DNA from: an uncultured Spirochaetota bacterium
GTDB taxonomy: Bacteria; Spirochaetota; Spirochaetia; SZUA-6; CAVTHK01
NCBI GenBank assembly: GCA_963734495.1
Contig: CAVTHK010000001.1
Span: 64,001-128,000, forward strand
Length of the DNA stretch: 64,000 bases
Direction of reading: 5' to 3'
Shown here: positions 9,648 through 19,121 of the stretch, in pieces
Numbering within the stretch: position 1 is the stretch's first letter
How the letters are laid out: each line of letters opens with the position of its first letter
The notes under the pieces: generated by a model
Told to the model about the DNA's origin: nothing
The model's input: only the letters and a program-made list of their open reading frames with translations
The model's database searches: none
Position numbers and translations under genes: made by a program

Positions 9648-10091
9648 CTACCACAATCTGGGAAGTGCCTTCCCGACCTCCATCAGGCTCTTGAGGCTGG
9701 AGAGCACCTTGGGCCATCCGTCCGAGATGCCCTCGAGCATCTCCGCGTCCCCATCGAGCCGGTCGTGCGTCACGGTCAGGCGGACGACGTCGCCCATCGG
9801 CTCGAGCTCGAGGGTCACGCGCGAGTGCTTCTCCTCCCGCGCCTCGTCGGCCGGGCGACCCCACGTGAGCACGAGGCGCCGCGGCGGCGAGAACTCGATG
9901 ACTTTGCCGACCATGAGCACTTCGGCCGTGCCGTCCATGGTCCGATGCTCCCACCTGGCACCGGGCTTCCAGTCGGCGAAGTTCGCGTTTTGCCAGTACT
10001 TGGTCGTCGTCTCGGGCTCGATGAGCGCCTTGAATATCTTTTCCGGCGAAGCCGAGATGTAGGTGACGTATACGAATTGGGGCTTATCCAT
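9648..10091 (-). CDS. SRPBCC/AHSA1 (START-like) domain protein
   Basis: YVTYISASPEKIFKAL...PPRRLVLTW...RLTVTH...GWPKVLSSLKSLME; overlaps the upstream ArsR gene. Confidence 0.9.
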   Translation of the reverse strand: MDKPQFVYVTYISASPEKIFKALIEPETTTKYWQNANFADWKPGARWEHRTMDGTAEVLMVGKVIEFSPPRRLVLTWGRPADEAREEKHSRVTLELEPMGDVVRLTVTHDRLDGDAEMLEGISDGWPKVLSSLKSLMEVGKALPRLW

Positions 10092-10407
10092 GCGGATCTC
10101 CTTCCACCCTGGTTTTGAGGTCACGCAAGGCGTCCAGGCGATGAAGCTCGTACCGTTCGATCCAACGGACGTATATCTCGTGAATGGGGACCGGGTTGAG
10201 GTAGTGCAGCTTTTCACGGCCCCGGCGGATGGTCGCAATCAGGTTGGCGTCCTCCAGTCGCCCCAGGTGCTGCGTCACCGCCTGGCGGGTCATGTCGAGG
10301 TTTCTGCAGAGCTCTCCCAGGGTCTGCCCGCTTTCTGCCCGTAGAGCGTCCAGGAGACGCCTTCGTGTCGGATCGGCGAGTGCCTTGAACACCTTGTCGA
10401 TGTCCAC
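10084..10407 (-). CDS. ArsR/SmtB-family transcriptional regulator
   Basis: VFKALADPTRRRLL...MTRQAVTQHLGRLE...RRGREKLHYLN. Confidence 0.92.
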   Translation of the reverse strand: MDIDKVFKALADPTRRRLLDALRAESGQTLGELCRNLDMTRQAVTQHLGRLEDANLIATIRRGREKLHYLNPVPIHEIYVRWIERYELHRLDALRDLKTRVEGDPHG

Positions 10408-10413
10408 TCACGA

Positions 10414-10443
10414 AATATATGCAAGCATATACTTGCATGTCAA
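10414..10443 (-). promoter_or_regulatory. Sigma70-type promoter with palindromic operator for the arsR-SRPBCC pair
   Basis: Minus strand TTGACA (10443-10438), 18-nt spacer, TATATT (10419-10414). Near-perfect palindrome ATGCAAGCATATACTTGCAT at 10419-10438. Confidence 0.75.
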
Positions 10444-10508
10444 GTGCAGGGGCGGCGATGACGTAGAGGCCACGCGCTTCAGGGGCAGGTTGAAGGTATT
10501 CTGGCCGC

Positions 10509-11387
10509 TCAGCCCTTGAGGGCACCGACCATGACGCCCTTTACGAAGTAGCGCTGCAGGAACGGGTAGAGCGCGAGCACGGGAAGCGACGCGATGATGA
10601 TCAGCGAGTACCGCATGAGGTCCGCGACCCGCTGCATCTCCTGGAGGGTCTTGGCGTCGTCCACGGATCCCGTTACCTGCTGACCCAGCAGGATGTCGCG
10701 CAGGACGAGCTGCAGCGGGTACTTGTCGTAGTCGCGGAGGTAGATGAGGCCCTGGAAGAACGAGTTCCAGTGGCCGACCGAGTAGAAGAGCGCGAGCACC
10801 GCTATGATCGCGCCGGAAAGGGGTACGGCCACGGACCAGAAGAAGCGCGTGTACGAGCAGCCGTCTACGAGCGACGCCTCCAGGAGCTCCTGCGGGATGT
10901 TCGACTGGAGGTACGTGCGGGCAATGATGAGATTCCAGGCCGAGACCGCGTTCGGGATCACCATGGCCCAGAGCGTGTTCGTCATCCCGAGGCCCTTGAC
11001 GATCAGGTAGACAGGAATGAGACCGCCGCTGAACAGCATCGTGAATACGATCAGACGCATGATGAGGTTGCGGCCGTACATCTCGCGCCGCGAGAGCGCA
11101 TAACCGGCGGTCATTGTGAGGGTTACGTTGATGCAGGTGCCGAGCCCGGTGTAGACGATCGTGTTCCTGTAGCCGGCCCAGATCTTCGATTCCCGGAACG
11201 TGCGAGTGTAGCCTTCGAGCATCATCTCACGCGGATAGAAGATCACCTTGCCCGTGTTGACGAGGTCCGGGTTGCTGAAGGACGCGATGATGACGAAGTA
11301 GAGCGGGTAGAGAATCGTCAGAAAGAAGACGGTGATCAGAACGTAGTTGACGGCGTCGAAGACGCGGTCGGACGCTGACTGCTTCAT
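10509..11387 (-). CDS. Carbohydrate ABC transporter permease (MalG/LplC-like)
   Basis: FSGGLIPVY, ELLEASLVDG (EAA loop), YPFLQRYFVKGVMVGALKG. Confidence 0.93.
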   Translation of the reverse strand: MKQSASDRVFDAVNYVLITVFFLTILYPLYFVIIASFSNPDLVNTGKVIFYPREMMLEGYTRTFRESKIWAGYRNTIVYTGLGTCINVTLTMTAGYALSRREMYGRNLIMRLIVFTMLFSGGLIPVYLIVKGLGMTNTLWAMVIPNAVSAWNLIIARTYLQSNIPQELLEASLVDGCSYTRFFWSVAVPLSGAIIAVLALFYSVGHWNSFFQGLIYLRDYDKYPLQLVLRDILLGQQVTGSVDDAKTLQEMQRVADLMRYSLIIIASLPVLALYPFLQRYFVKGVMVGALKG

Positions 11388-11400
11388 GCCCGCTCCAGTA

Positions 11401-12348
11401 CTACCACAGGCTCGTCTCCCCGAACGAGCGAGCGACGCGGTTGACGATCAGGATCATGATCAGGTTCACCGCCGAGTTGAAGACGCCGACCGCCGCGCCA
11501 AAGCTGAACTGCGCGCCCACCAGACCCACCTTGTAGACGTAGGTCGAGATGATCTCGGACATGTCCAGGTTGAGCGGCGTCTGCATCAGGAACGCCTTTT
11601 CGAAGCCGATCGACATGATCGTTCCGGTCCGCAGGATCAGCAGGACGGTGACGGTCGGCAGGATCCCGGGGATGTCGATGTGGAGAATTCGCTGAAGCTT
11701 GCCAGCGCCGTCGATGGTGGCCGCTTCGTAGAGCTCCGGGTTGACGCCCGCCAGGGTCGCCAGGTAGATGATGGCGCCCCACCCAGTCTCCTGCCAGACG
11801 TCCGAGATCACGTAAACGGACCGAAACCACGCGGCGCTGCCCATGAAGTAAATGCGCTTTCCGCCCAGCGCGTCGATGAGGATGTTCACGATACCCGTGG
11901 AGGGAGAAGTAAAGATGAAGATGATCCCGACGAACACCACCGTGGAGATAAAGTGAGGCGCGTAGGAGATCGTCTGGACCATCTTGCGGTACCGGCCCTG
12001 CCGCATCTGGTTCAGGAGCAGCGCAAAGACCACCGGCACCGGAAAACCGAAGACCAGGTTGAGGAGGCTCAGGACGACCGTGTTGGTCAGGAGAGGCCAG
12101 AAGAACGCCGAGTTGAAGAAGCGCTTGAACTGCGCGAGGCCGACCCAGGGGCTCCCCCAGATGCCAAGCGCCCCGAGGTAGTCCCGGAACGCGATCTGCA
12201 CGCCGTACATCGGACCGTAGTGGAAGATGAGGTAGTAGAGCAGCGTCGGAAGCAGAAAGAGATACAGCTCGTAGTGGCGCCGGATCTCCTTGACCGCGCT
12301 GAGGCGCGCCCTGGGGGCGGGTTTCCGTGCTTCGCTGCGTGACGACAT
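11401..12348 (-). CDS. Carbohydrate ABC transporter permease (LplB-like)
   Basis: YGPMYGVQIAF, SPWVGL, ELYEAATIDGA; ends ETSLW. Confidence 0.93.
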   Translation of the reverse strand: MSSRSEARKPAPRARLSAVKEIRRHYELYLFLLPTLLYYLIFHYGPMYGVQIAFRDYLGALGIWGSPWVGLAQFKRFFNSAFFWPLLTNTVVLSLLNLVFGFPVPVVFALLLNQMRQGRYRKMVQTISYAPHFISTVVFVGIIFIFTSPSTGIVNILIDALGGKRIYFMGSAAWFRSVYVISDVWQETGWGAIIYLATLAGVNPELYEAATIDGAGKLQRILHIDIPGILPTVTVLLILRTGTIMSIGFEKAFLMQTPLNLDMSEIISTYVYKVGLVGAQFSFGAAVGVFNSAVNLIMILIVNRVARSFGETSLW

Positions 12349-12384
12349 GACTGACTCTCGGCCCTTCCGGAGGCACAGGCAATA

Positions 12385-12412
12385 GCCCGGCACCGCGAGG
12401 GCGGTGCCGGGC
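12385..12412. other. Intercistronic stem-loop downstream of the binding-protein gene
   Basis: GCCCGGCACCGC - GAGG - GCGGTGCCGGGC, 12-bp perfect stem. Confidence 0.6.
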
Positions 12413-12440
12413 CGTGTCGCTTACGGAAACAGGCGAACCC

Positions 12441-14027
12441 CTACTTCTGGCGGTCGAACCCTGCCTGGCGGATCTGCAGCATCTTGTTGACGCCAAGCTT
12501 GTCCATCTGCTTGAGGTAGTCGTCCCACTCCGCCTCGACACCGCCCTGGGTGATCCACTTGGCCTGCGTCTTGGTGAAGTAGCTGCGCAGGTCGGTGTCG
12601 ATCTGGTTCAGCTGCTTCATGTCCTCGGGCGCCATCAGCGGGTAGGTCCAGAACTCCTTGGGCCAGTAGGGCACGTAATTCTGGTCGATCGTGGTGCCCT
12701 TGACCTCATAGAGTGGTGCCGGGAAGATCGTGCGGTACATCTCCATCGTGGCGGCCAGCGGCACGTCGGGCTGGGTCTCGGCGAAGCGCCACTGCTGCGT
12801 GGTGACCCCAGCGGGCGGATCCTTCATCGTCACGACGCCGTTGGCGTCCTTGACCAGGCGGCTGCCGATCATGCCCTCGATCCACTCCATCGAGGCGTAG
12901 GGGTCGTAGATCGCGTCGACCCAGCGCACCGTCACCTCGGGGTACTTGTCGACCTTGGTGATGGCCATGTGGTTGCGGTTCCAGCCGGGGTAGGGCTGGC
13001 GGTAGACCGCCGGCTTGGAGACGCCGGGAGCCGTGAAGAACTGCAGGGGCGTGTAGTCCTTCTGCCGCTGGTCGGTCGGGCTGAAGATGTCGTTCAGGTT
13101 CCAGTGCGAGATCACGCCATAGGTCGGCGGCATGGCCTGGATCTTGGCGTTGATCTGGTTGTAGGTCAGCGTGTAGGCCTCCGGCTCGATGAGCCCCGCC
13201 TTCCACAACTTGTTCAGGTAGGCCGTTGCCAGCTTGAAGCGCTCGTCGACGGGGCCGAACTTGACCTTGCCGTTCTCCACGAACAGGTGGGCCGTCCCGG
13301 GGTCCGTCGAGTCGGCCGTCGGCAGGCCAAAGGCGTAGTAGACGAACCAGGGCTGCGACTGTTTGACGGCGTTCGCGTCGCCCAGGGCCATGGAGATCGG
13401 AACGATCCTGGGATCCATGCGCTTGAAGGCCACCATCAGGTCGTAAAACTCGTCGGTGGTCTTCGGCATCGCCTTGCCGAGCTTGTCGACCCAGGGCTTG
13501 TAGATACCGTGGATGCTGAACTGACGCATCCAGCTTCCCTCGTTCAAGCGCGCAAAGGTGTACGTGTTGCCGTCGGGAGCCATGGTGAACTTCTTGATGT
13601 CCGGCTTCTGCGCGATGACCTTTTTGTAGTTGGGCGCGTACTTCTCGATCAGGTTCTGCAGCGGGATGAACACCTTGGCCGCGCCGTACGTCACGATGTC
13701 AAAGTCCGTCAGGTTGGTCGCAAAAGCGTCGGGCAGGTCGCCGCTGGCCAGTATCAGGTTCTTCTTCTCGTTGACGCCGGCGGCCGGGACCTCGATCCAG
13801 TCGACATGGACGTTGGTGAGCTTCTCATACTTCATGACGACCGGAAGCTCGTTGAAGGGTTTTACGTGCAGCGGGCCACGCACACCGAATATCTTGAGCG
13901 TCACCGGCTTATCCACTATGGGATAGCCGGTCTCATGGAACCCGGCCTTCGTCGCCTCGGTGCTGCCTTCAGCAAAAGCGGGGATCACGAGGGCGAGGAG
14001 GGCGATAGCGACTACGAACCTTCTCAT
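12441..14027 (-). CDS. Carbohydrate ABC transporter solute-binding protein (LplA-like)
   Basis: Signal peptide; TGYPIVDKPVTL, NLILASGDLPD, KWITQGGVEAEWDDY; 528 aa; upstream of two permeases. Confidence 0.92.
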   Translation of the reverse strand: MRRFVVAIALLALVIPAFAEGSTEATKAGFHETGYPIVDKPVTLKIFGVRGPLHVKPFNELPVVMKYEKLTNVHVDWIEVPAAGVNEKKNLILASGDLPDAFATNLTDFDIVTYGAAKVFIPLQNLIEKYAPNYKKVIAQKPDIKKFTMAPDGNTYTFARLNEGSWMRQFSIHGIYKPWVDKLGKAMPKTTDEFYDLMVAFKRMDPRIVPISMALGDANAVKQSQPWFVYYAFGLPTADSTDPGTAHLFVENGKVKFGPVDERFKLATAYLNKLWKAGLIEPEAYTLTYNQINAKIQAMPPTYGVISHWNLNDIFSPTDQRQKDYTPLQFFTAPGVSKPAVYRQPYPGWNRNHMAITKVDKYPEVTVRWVDAIYDPYASMEWIEGMIGSRLVKDANGVVTMKDPPAGVTTQQWRFAETQPDVPLAATMEMYRTIFPAPLYEVKGTTIDQNYVPYWPKEFWTYPLMAPEDMKQLNQIDTDLRSYFTKTQAKWITQGGVEAEWDDYLKQMDKLGVNKMLQIRQAGFDRQK

Positions 14028-14161
14028 GAGCGTTTTCCTCCTTCGGATGGGCTACTCACGTACCATCGGGTATAGCACCGATGCGCGCGACGGGCAAGTG
14101 CGGGCACGGGCAGGCGCAGATCCCCTTTTCGGGGCCCGCGCCTGCCGCGCCGCCTTTCCGT

Positions 14162-15460
14162 CTACTTCGGCAGCCTGGCCAGCTCGTCGTTGAGCTTGGC
14201 CGTAGCCTCCTTGAGCGCCTGCTCCGCCGGCTTGGTGAGGCTCATGACCTCCTCGTAGGCGGTGTAGGCATACTTGCTGAACGTCGTCACCCAGGAAACG
14301 ATCGGGCGGCCCTTGCCGAACTTGACGTGCTCGATCGCAGCCGCGTTGAACTCGGGATCGGCCGTGATGAACTTCTGCTCCAGTGACTGCCTGATCGGCG
14401 TGTGTGCGAACTGCGAGAACCGGTCCCACATGTTTTCGGGGGAGAGGTAGAACTTGACGTACTCGAACGCCTCGTTCTTGTGCTTCGAGGAGGCGCCGAC
14501 CAGGAACAGCCGGTAACCGCAAAAGGAGGCCTGCTGCGTATTGCGCAGCACGGGCCCGAAACCGACCTTTTCCTTGAGCGCGGGGTTGTCCTTGAGCAGC
14601 GCGCGGATGCTGCCCTGCGAAACCATGCCCATGGCGCCGCGGGAGTTCCTGAAGGGCATCTCCCCGCCTTTCTGGGTGTCGTAGGGGAGGATGAGCTTGC
14701 GCCTCGCGTACTCGGCCATGTAATTGTAGGTCTCGATGGCTGACGGCTGATCGATCAGCGGCTTCTCGTTGATCTCGTCGATCGCCGGGTTCCCGTTCAT
14801 CCGGAGAAAGGCCTCGATCACCGTCATGTTCTTGTCGACCAGCGGCATGTCGAAGCCGGCGCGGGTGACCACGCCGTTCGGGTCCCTGACAACTGCCTTT
14901 TGCGCGGCCTCGAGGAGTCCCTTCCAGTCCCTGGGCGGGTTGGCCGGGTCGAGCCCCGCGTCCTTGAAGAAGTCCTTGCGGTAGACAAAGATCTCCGGCA
15001 CCGGGTACACGCCCATCCCGTACTGCTTGCCCTTGATCTTCCCAATGTCGACCGAGCTCTGGTAGAAGTCCTTGCGGTCCGCCATCCCTTCGACGTACGA
15101 GGTCAGCTCGGCGAGCTCTCCCTTGAACCCGTGGCTCCCCAGCATGATCAGCGGCACCAGCAGCAGGTCCGGGTACTGGCCGCTCAGCGTAAGGGCGTTG
15201 AGCTTCGCCTCGTTCTCCTGGATGTTGGTCATGTTGGCGATCTGCTCGACCTTGATGTTCGGGAACTTCGCCTCGAACTCCTTCTGCGTCTTGTCATAGT
15301 AAGCTTCCATCGCCGGGTTGCCGACCTCGGTGTTGTAAAAGGTCATCGTCACGGCCTGTTTCCCGGCCGCCTCCTGGCTTCCCGTCGCCATCGCCGCGCC
15401 CGTGCCGAGCAGCACGAAGACCGCGGCCGCAGCCGCAATTGCCCCGATTCCCCGTCTCAT
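14162..15460 (-). CDS. Sugar ABC transporter solute-binding protein (family 1)
   Basis: Signal MRRGIGAIAA...; FEAKFPNIKVE, YRKDFFKDAGLDP...PRDW. Start reassigned to ATG 15460. Confidence 0.9.
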   Translation of the reverse strand: MRRGIGAIAAAAAVFVLLGTGAAMATGSQEAAGKQAVTMTFYNTEVGNPAMEAYYDKTQKEFEAKFPNIKVEQIANMTNIQENEAKLNALTLSGQYPDLLLVPLIMLGSHGFKGELAELTSYVEGMADRKDFYQSSVDIGKIKGKQYGMGVYPVPEIFVYRKDFFKDAGLDPANPPRDWKGLLEAAQKAVVRDPNGVVTRAGFDMPLVDKNMTVIEAFLRMNGNPAIDEINEKPLIDQPSAIETYNYMAEYARRKLILPYDTQKGGEMPFRNSRGAMGMVSQGSIRALLKDNPALKEKVGFGPVLRNTQQASFCGYRLFLVGASSKHKNEAFEYVKFYLSPENMWDRFSQFAHTPIRQSLEQKFITADPEFNAAAIEHVKFGKGRPIVSWVTTFSKYAYTAYEEVMSLTKPAEQALKEATAKLNDELARLPK

Positions 15461-15525
15461 GCGATTCCTCCTCTCGAAACAGAATGTGCGCGCCGGCCCT
15501 GTTGGAGGGCTCACGCGATCCCTCA

Positions 15526-16419
15526 TCATCCCTTGACCCCTGTCGTGACGATCCCCTCCACGAAATACTTCTGCAGCGCGACGAACAGTATGATGATCGG
15601 CGCGACGATCAGCGCCGTCGCGGCCATGATGCTGTTCCACTCGACGGTGAACTCGTTTCTGAAGAACGAGAGCGCGAGCTGCACGGTCCTCAGCTCCCGC
15701 CTGTTGATCAGGAGCAGGGGCATCGTGTACTCGTTCCAGGTGTAGGTGGCCTTGAGCGCGATGAGCGTCGCGATCACCGGTGTATTGAGGGGCAGGTAGA
15801 TCCTGCGGTAGATGCCGAACCGCGAGAGCCCGTCGATCGTCGCCGCGTCGTCGAGCGCGGCCGGGAATCCCAGCATGAACTGCCGGAACAGGAACACCCC
15901 GAAGGAACCCGCAATGTTCGGCAGGATCAGGCCCATGTAGCTGTCGATAAAGCCCTTCCCGCCCTGCCCCAGCAGGTCGTTCCCGCCGGCGAGGGGAAAG
16001 AACTTCAGGATCACGTAGACGGGCAGCATCGTGACCTGCTGGGGGACCATGAGCCCGACGAGCGTGATGACAAAGAGCAGGTCGCGCCCGCGAAAGTGGA
16101 TGCGGGCGAACGCGTAGCCCGCCATCGAGTTGAGGACGAGGCTCGCGACCACGGCGGCGACCGTGACGATCAGGGAGTTCTTGAAGTACACCGCCCACGT
16201 TCCCGTCTTGAGCACGTTCAGGTAGTTGGAGAACAGGAGCTTCTTCGGAAAGAACGTGAAGGCGGGCGCCGTGATTTCCGCCATTGTCTTGAACGACGTG
16301 GAGAGCATGATGAAGAACGGGAACAGCATGAGCAAGGAGAGCAGAAACGCCGACGCGCTCAACGCCGATACGCTCAAAAGAGGTCGTCGCCTGCGGACCC
16401 GCGCGCTCGAAACCGGCAT
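15526..16419 (-). CDS. Carbohydrate ABC transporter permease (MalG-like)
   Basis: LDDAATIDG EAA loop; QKYFVEGIVTTGVKG. Confidence 0.92.
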   Translation of the reverse strand: MPVSSARVRRRRPLLSVSALSASAFLLSLLMLFPFFIMLSTSFKTMAEITAPAFTFFPKKLLFSNYLNVLKTGTWAVYFKNSLIVTVAAVVASLVLNSMAGYAFARIHFRGRDLLFVITLVGLMVPQQVTMLPVYVILKFFPLAGGNDLLGQGGKGFIDSYMGLILPNIAGSFGVFLFRQFMLGFPAALDDAATIDGLSRFGIYRRIYLPLNTPVIATLIALKATYTWNEYTMPLLLINRRELRTVQLALSFFRNEFTVEWNSIMAATALIVAPIIILFVALQKYFVEGIVTTGVKG

Positions 16420-16429
16420 CTCTCGCTCC

Positions 16430-17362
16430 TCAGCGGAAATCGGAGTCCATCTTCTCGCTGCCGATGCGGAAGTTGAGCAGTGTCATGAGCAGCATCACCG
16501 CGATCAGCGCCACGGCGATCGCGGCGGCATACCCGATGAGGAGCTCCTGGAACGCCCTGATGTAGATCTGGTGCACGACCGTGGTCGTGCGGTTGAGGGG
16601 CCCGCCCGAGGTCATGACGTTCACCTGCTCGAAAACGTTGAAGGCCCCGATCGTTCCCGTCACGAACAGGAAGAAGATGACCGGCCGCAACATGGGCACG
16701 ACGATGTGCCAGGTCTTGGCCGCGCTCCCGGCGCCGTCGACTTCGGCGGCCTCGAGCATCTCGCGGGGTATGCCCTGCAGCCCCGCGAGAAAGATGATCA
16801 TGTTGTACCCGAGAGACTTCCAGACGCTCATCGCGATGATGCTGCCGAGCGCGAGCGAAGGGTTGTAGAGCCACTGCTGGGGCATCATGCCTAGAGCCGC
16901 CAGGACCCGATTGAAGATGCCCATGGACGGCTCGTACATCCAGATCCAGACGACGGAGACGGCCACCATCGAGGTCACGTTGGGGAGGTAGAATGCTGCG
17001 CGCGCGAACTTGATGATCGCGAGAGGCTTGTTGAACAGCAGCGCTACGAAGAAGCTGAGCACCATCGTGAAGGAGACGGTGAAAAGCATGTAGACAAAGG
17101 TGTTGGCGAAGGCCTTCTTCACCAGCTCGTCCTGGAACATGAACAGGTAATTCTTGAGCGCGATGAAGCGGATGCTGTGCAGGTCGTAGCTCGTGAAGCT
17201 GAGGACGAAGTTCACGAGCACCGGCAGGAAGACGAAGATGAGGAAGAAGGCATAGAACGGCAGGATCATCAGGTAGCCGGACATCGTGTCGGACTGCGTC
17301 CGCGAGAGCCTCACGCGTTTACCTCGCCGGGATACGATCTCACCTGCGGCGGCGCGCGTCAA
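16430..17362 (-). CDS. Carbohydrate ABC transporter permease (MalF-like)
   Basis: WKSLGYNMIIFLAGLQGIPREMLEAAEVDGA, TSGGP. Exact start uncertain. Confidence 0.9.
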   Translation of the reverse strand: MTRAAAGEIVSRRGKRVRLSRTQSDTMSGYLMILPFYAFFLIFVFLPVLVNFVLSFTSYDLHSIRFIALKNYLFMFQDELVKKAFANTFVYMLFTVSFTMVLSFFVALLFNKPLAIIKFARAAFYLPNVTSMVAVSVVWIWMYEPSMGIFNRVLAALGMMPQQWLYNPSLALGSIIAMSVWKSLGYNMIIFLAGLQGIPREMLEAAEVDGAGSAAKTWHIVVPMLRPVIFFLFVTGTIGAFNVFEQVNVMTSGGPLNRTTTVVHQIYIRAFQELLIGYAAAIAVALIAVMLLMTLLNFRIGSEKMDSDFR

Positions 17363-17374
17363 GAAAGCACCGCG

Positions 17375-18976
17375 TCATTCGCGGATCTTCTTGAGCTCGC
17401 GCTGCACGTCCTGCCAGGGCGCGACCCGGGCGCGCCCCGCCCAGTCTTCGTAGAGCGCGCTCAGCTTCCGCACGACATCGGGGTAGCGGGCGGCCAGGTC
17501 GCTCAGCTCCGACCGGTCCTTCTCCATGTCGTAGAGCTCCCAGGAGCCGGGGTGGCGCGTGACGAGCTTCCACTGATCCTGGCGGACGGCCCGATTGCCT
17601 TCGTGCTCCCAGAAGAGGAGGCGCGACGACATGGGCTTGTCACGAAGGAGAGGCTCGAGCGTGGCGCCCTCAGGCGGCGTGACCCGGACGCCGGCGCGCT
17701 CGGCGGGGTACGAGGCGCCGGCAAGCGAGACGCAAGTGGCCATGATGTCGGGGAGCTGCCCGGGCGCGTGACAGGCCCTGCCCGGCTTCGCGATGCCCGC
17801 GGGCCAGTGGGCGATCAGCGGCGTGGCGATGCCGCCTTCGTGCACCCAGTGCTTGTAGTAGCGGAACGGCGTGTTGGACAGGTTGGCCCACGGCACGCCG
17901 TAGCTCTGGTAGGTCTCCTCGGCGCCGGGCATCACGCGCGGGTCGTTGCCGTACGCCACGGGCCGTCCGGTGCGCGCCATCTCGGGCACGGCGCGGATCC
18001 TCCGCAGCGGCGCCAGCCAGTCGGGCCGCAGCTCCTCGGCGCAGCCTCCGTTGTCGGAGAGAAACAGGATCAGCGTGTCGTCGAGCTGCCCGGTGTCCTC
18101 GAGCGCCCCGACGACCACGCCGATGCCCCGGTCCATGCGGTCGATCTGCGCGGCGTAGACCTCCATGCGCCGCAGCTGCCAGGCCCGCTCGGGCGCCTCC
18201 TCCCACGGCGGCTGCGAGGGGTCGCGCGCCGAGAGGCCCCAGCGGGGGTCCAGCACCTCGAGCGAGCGCATGCGCTCGAGGCGCTCCTCCCTGAGGCGGT
18301 CCCAGCCCGCGTCGAACCGGCCACGGTACGTCTCGACGTCCTCCGGCAGCGCCTGAAGCGGCCAGTGCGGAGCGGTAAACGCGACGTACGAAAAGAAGGG
18401 CGTGTCCCGCCTGCTCTCCGCGTGCTCCCTGATGAATCCGGCCGCGCTGTCGGCGATCGCGTCCGTGTAGTAGAAGGGACCTTCAGGTGTGCGGATCCGT
18501 TCGTTATCGCGAGTGAGCGTGTCCGGGTCGAAGTAACTGCCGGCGCCCGTGATCGTGCCCCAGTAGCGGTCGAATCCCCTCTGGCGCGGCCAGTTGTCTT
18601 TGGGCGAGTCCAGGTGGCGCGACACGTGCCACTTGCCGCTCATATAGGTGCCGTATCCCGCGGCGCGCAGGACTTCGGCGATCGTCACGCACCCGGGCAC
18701 CAGGTCGCCGCGGTAGCCTGGCAGGCTGAGGTCGCTCATCATGTGGCCGACTCCCGCCTGGTGCGGGTGCAGCCCGGTGAGCAGCGACGCACGCGACGGG
18801 CAGCAGCGCGCGGTGTTGTAGAACTGCGTGAAACGGACCCCGTTGGCCGCCAGACGGTCCAGGTTCGGCGTCCGTATCTCGCCGCCGTAGCAGCCGATAT
18901 CCGAGAAGCCCATGTCGTCGTTGAGAATCAGCACCACGTTCGGGCGCCGCTTCTTCCGGGATTCCCCTCGCCGCAT
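17375..18976 (-). CDS. Arylsulfatase (Cys-type, formylglycine-dependent)
   Basis: PNVVLILNDDMG, CCPSRASLLTG (CxPxR), GKWH, APHWPL, SDNG, YKHWVHEGG. Confidence 0.93.
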   Translation of the reverse strand: MRRGESRKKRRPNVVLILNDDMGFSDIGCYGGEIRTPNLDRLAANGVRFTQFYNTARCCPSRASLLTGLHPHQAGVGHMMSDLSLPGYRGDLVPGCVTIAEVLRAAGYGTYMSGKWHVSRHLDSPKDNWPRQRGFDRYWGTITGAGSYFDPDTLTRDNERIRTPEGPFYYTDAIADSAAGFIREHAESRRDTPFFSYVAFTAPHWPLQALPEDVETYRGRFDAGWDRLREERLERMRSLEVLDPRWGLSARDPSQPPWEEAPERAWQLRRMEVYAAQIDRMDRGIGVVVGALEDTGQLDDTLILFLSDNGGCAEELRPDWLAPLRRIRAVPEMARTGRPVAYGNDPRVMPGAEETYQSYGVPWANLSNTPFRYYKHWVHEGGIATPLIAHWPAGIAKPGRACHAPGQLPDIMATCVSLAGASYPAERAGVRVTPPEGATLEPLLRDKPMSSRLLFWEHEGNRAVRQDQWKLVTRHPGSWELYDMEKDRSELSDLAARYPDVVRKLSALYEDWAGRARVAPWQDVQRELKKIRE

Positions 18977-19009
18977 CTGCTCCCCCTCCGCCATTTCGCG
19001 GTGGAGTCG

Positions 19010-19098
19010 ATCGTGTCCCCTTCGCCGCACGGTGTCAACGCGTTGCGCCGCTTGCGCCGGCGAATTCGTTTGACAGTGCATGTCGCCCGTGTGACAAT
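19010..19098. promoter_or_regulatory. Divergent sigma70-type promoter pair between the sulfatase/ABC operon and the GH51-like operon
   Basis: Plus strand TTGACA 19070-19075, 17 nt, GACAAT 19093-19098. Minus strand TTGACA 19038-19033, 17 nt, CACGAT 19015-19010. Confidence 0.55.
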
Positions 19099-19121
19099 CC
19101 CGCTATTCTACGGAGGCCCGC

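Noticed and set aside
14162..16198. Extended N-termini in the ORF track (for example 14162-16198, 9648-10238, 28998-30644, 56895-58898, 53612-56155)
   Set aside because: The extensions overlap neighbouring genes in other frames. Downstream starts with RBS, signal peptides or stop/start overlaps fit better.
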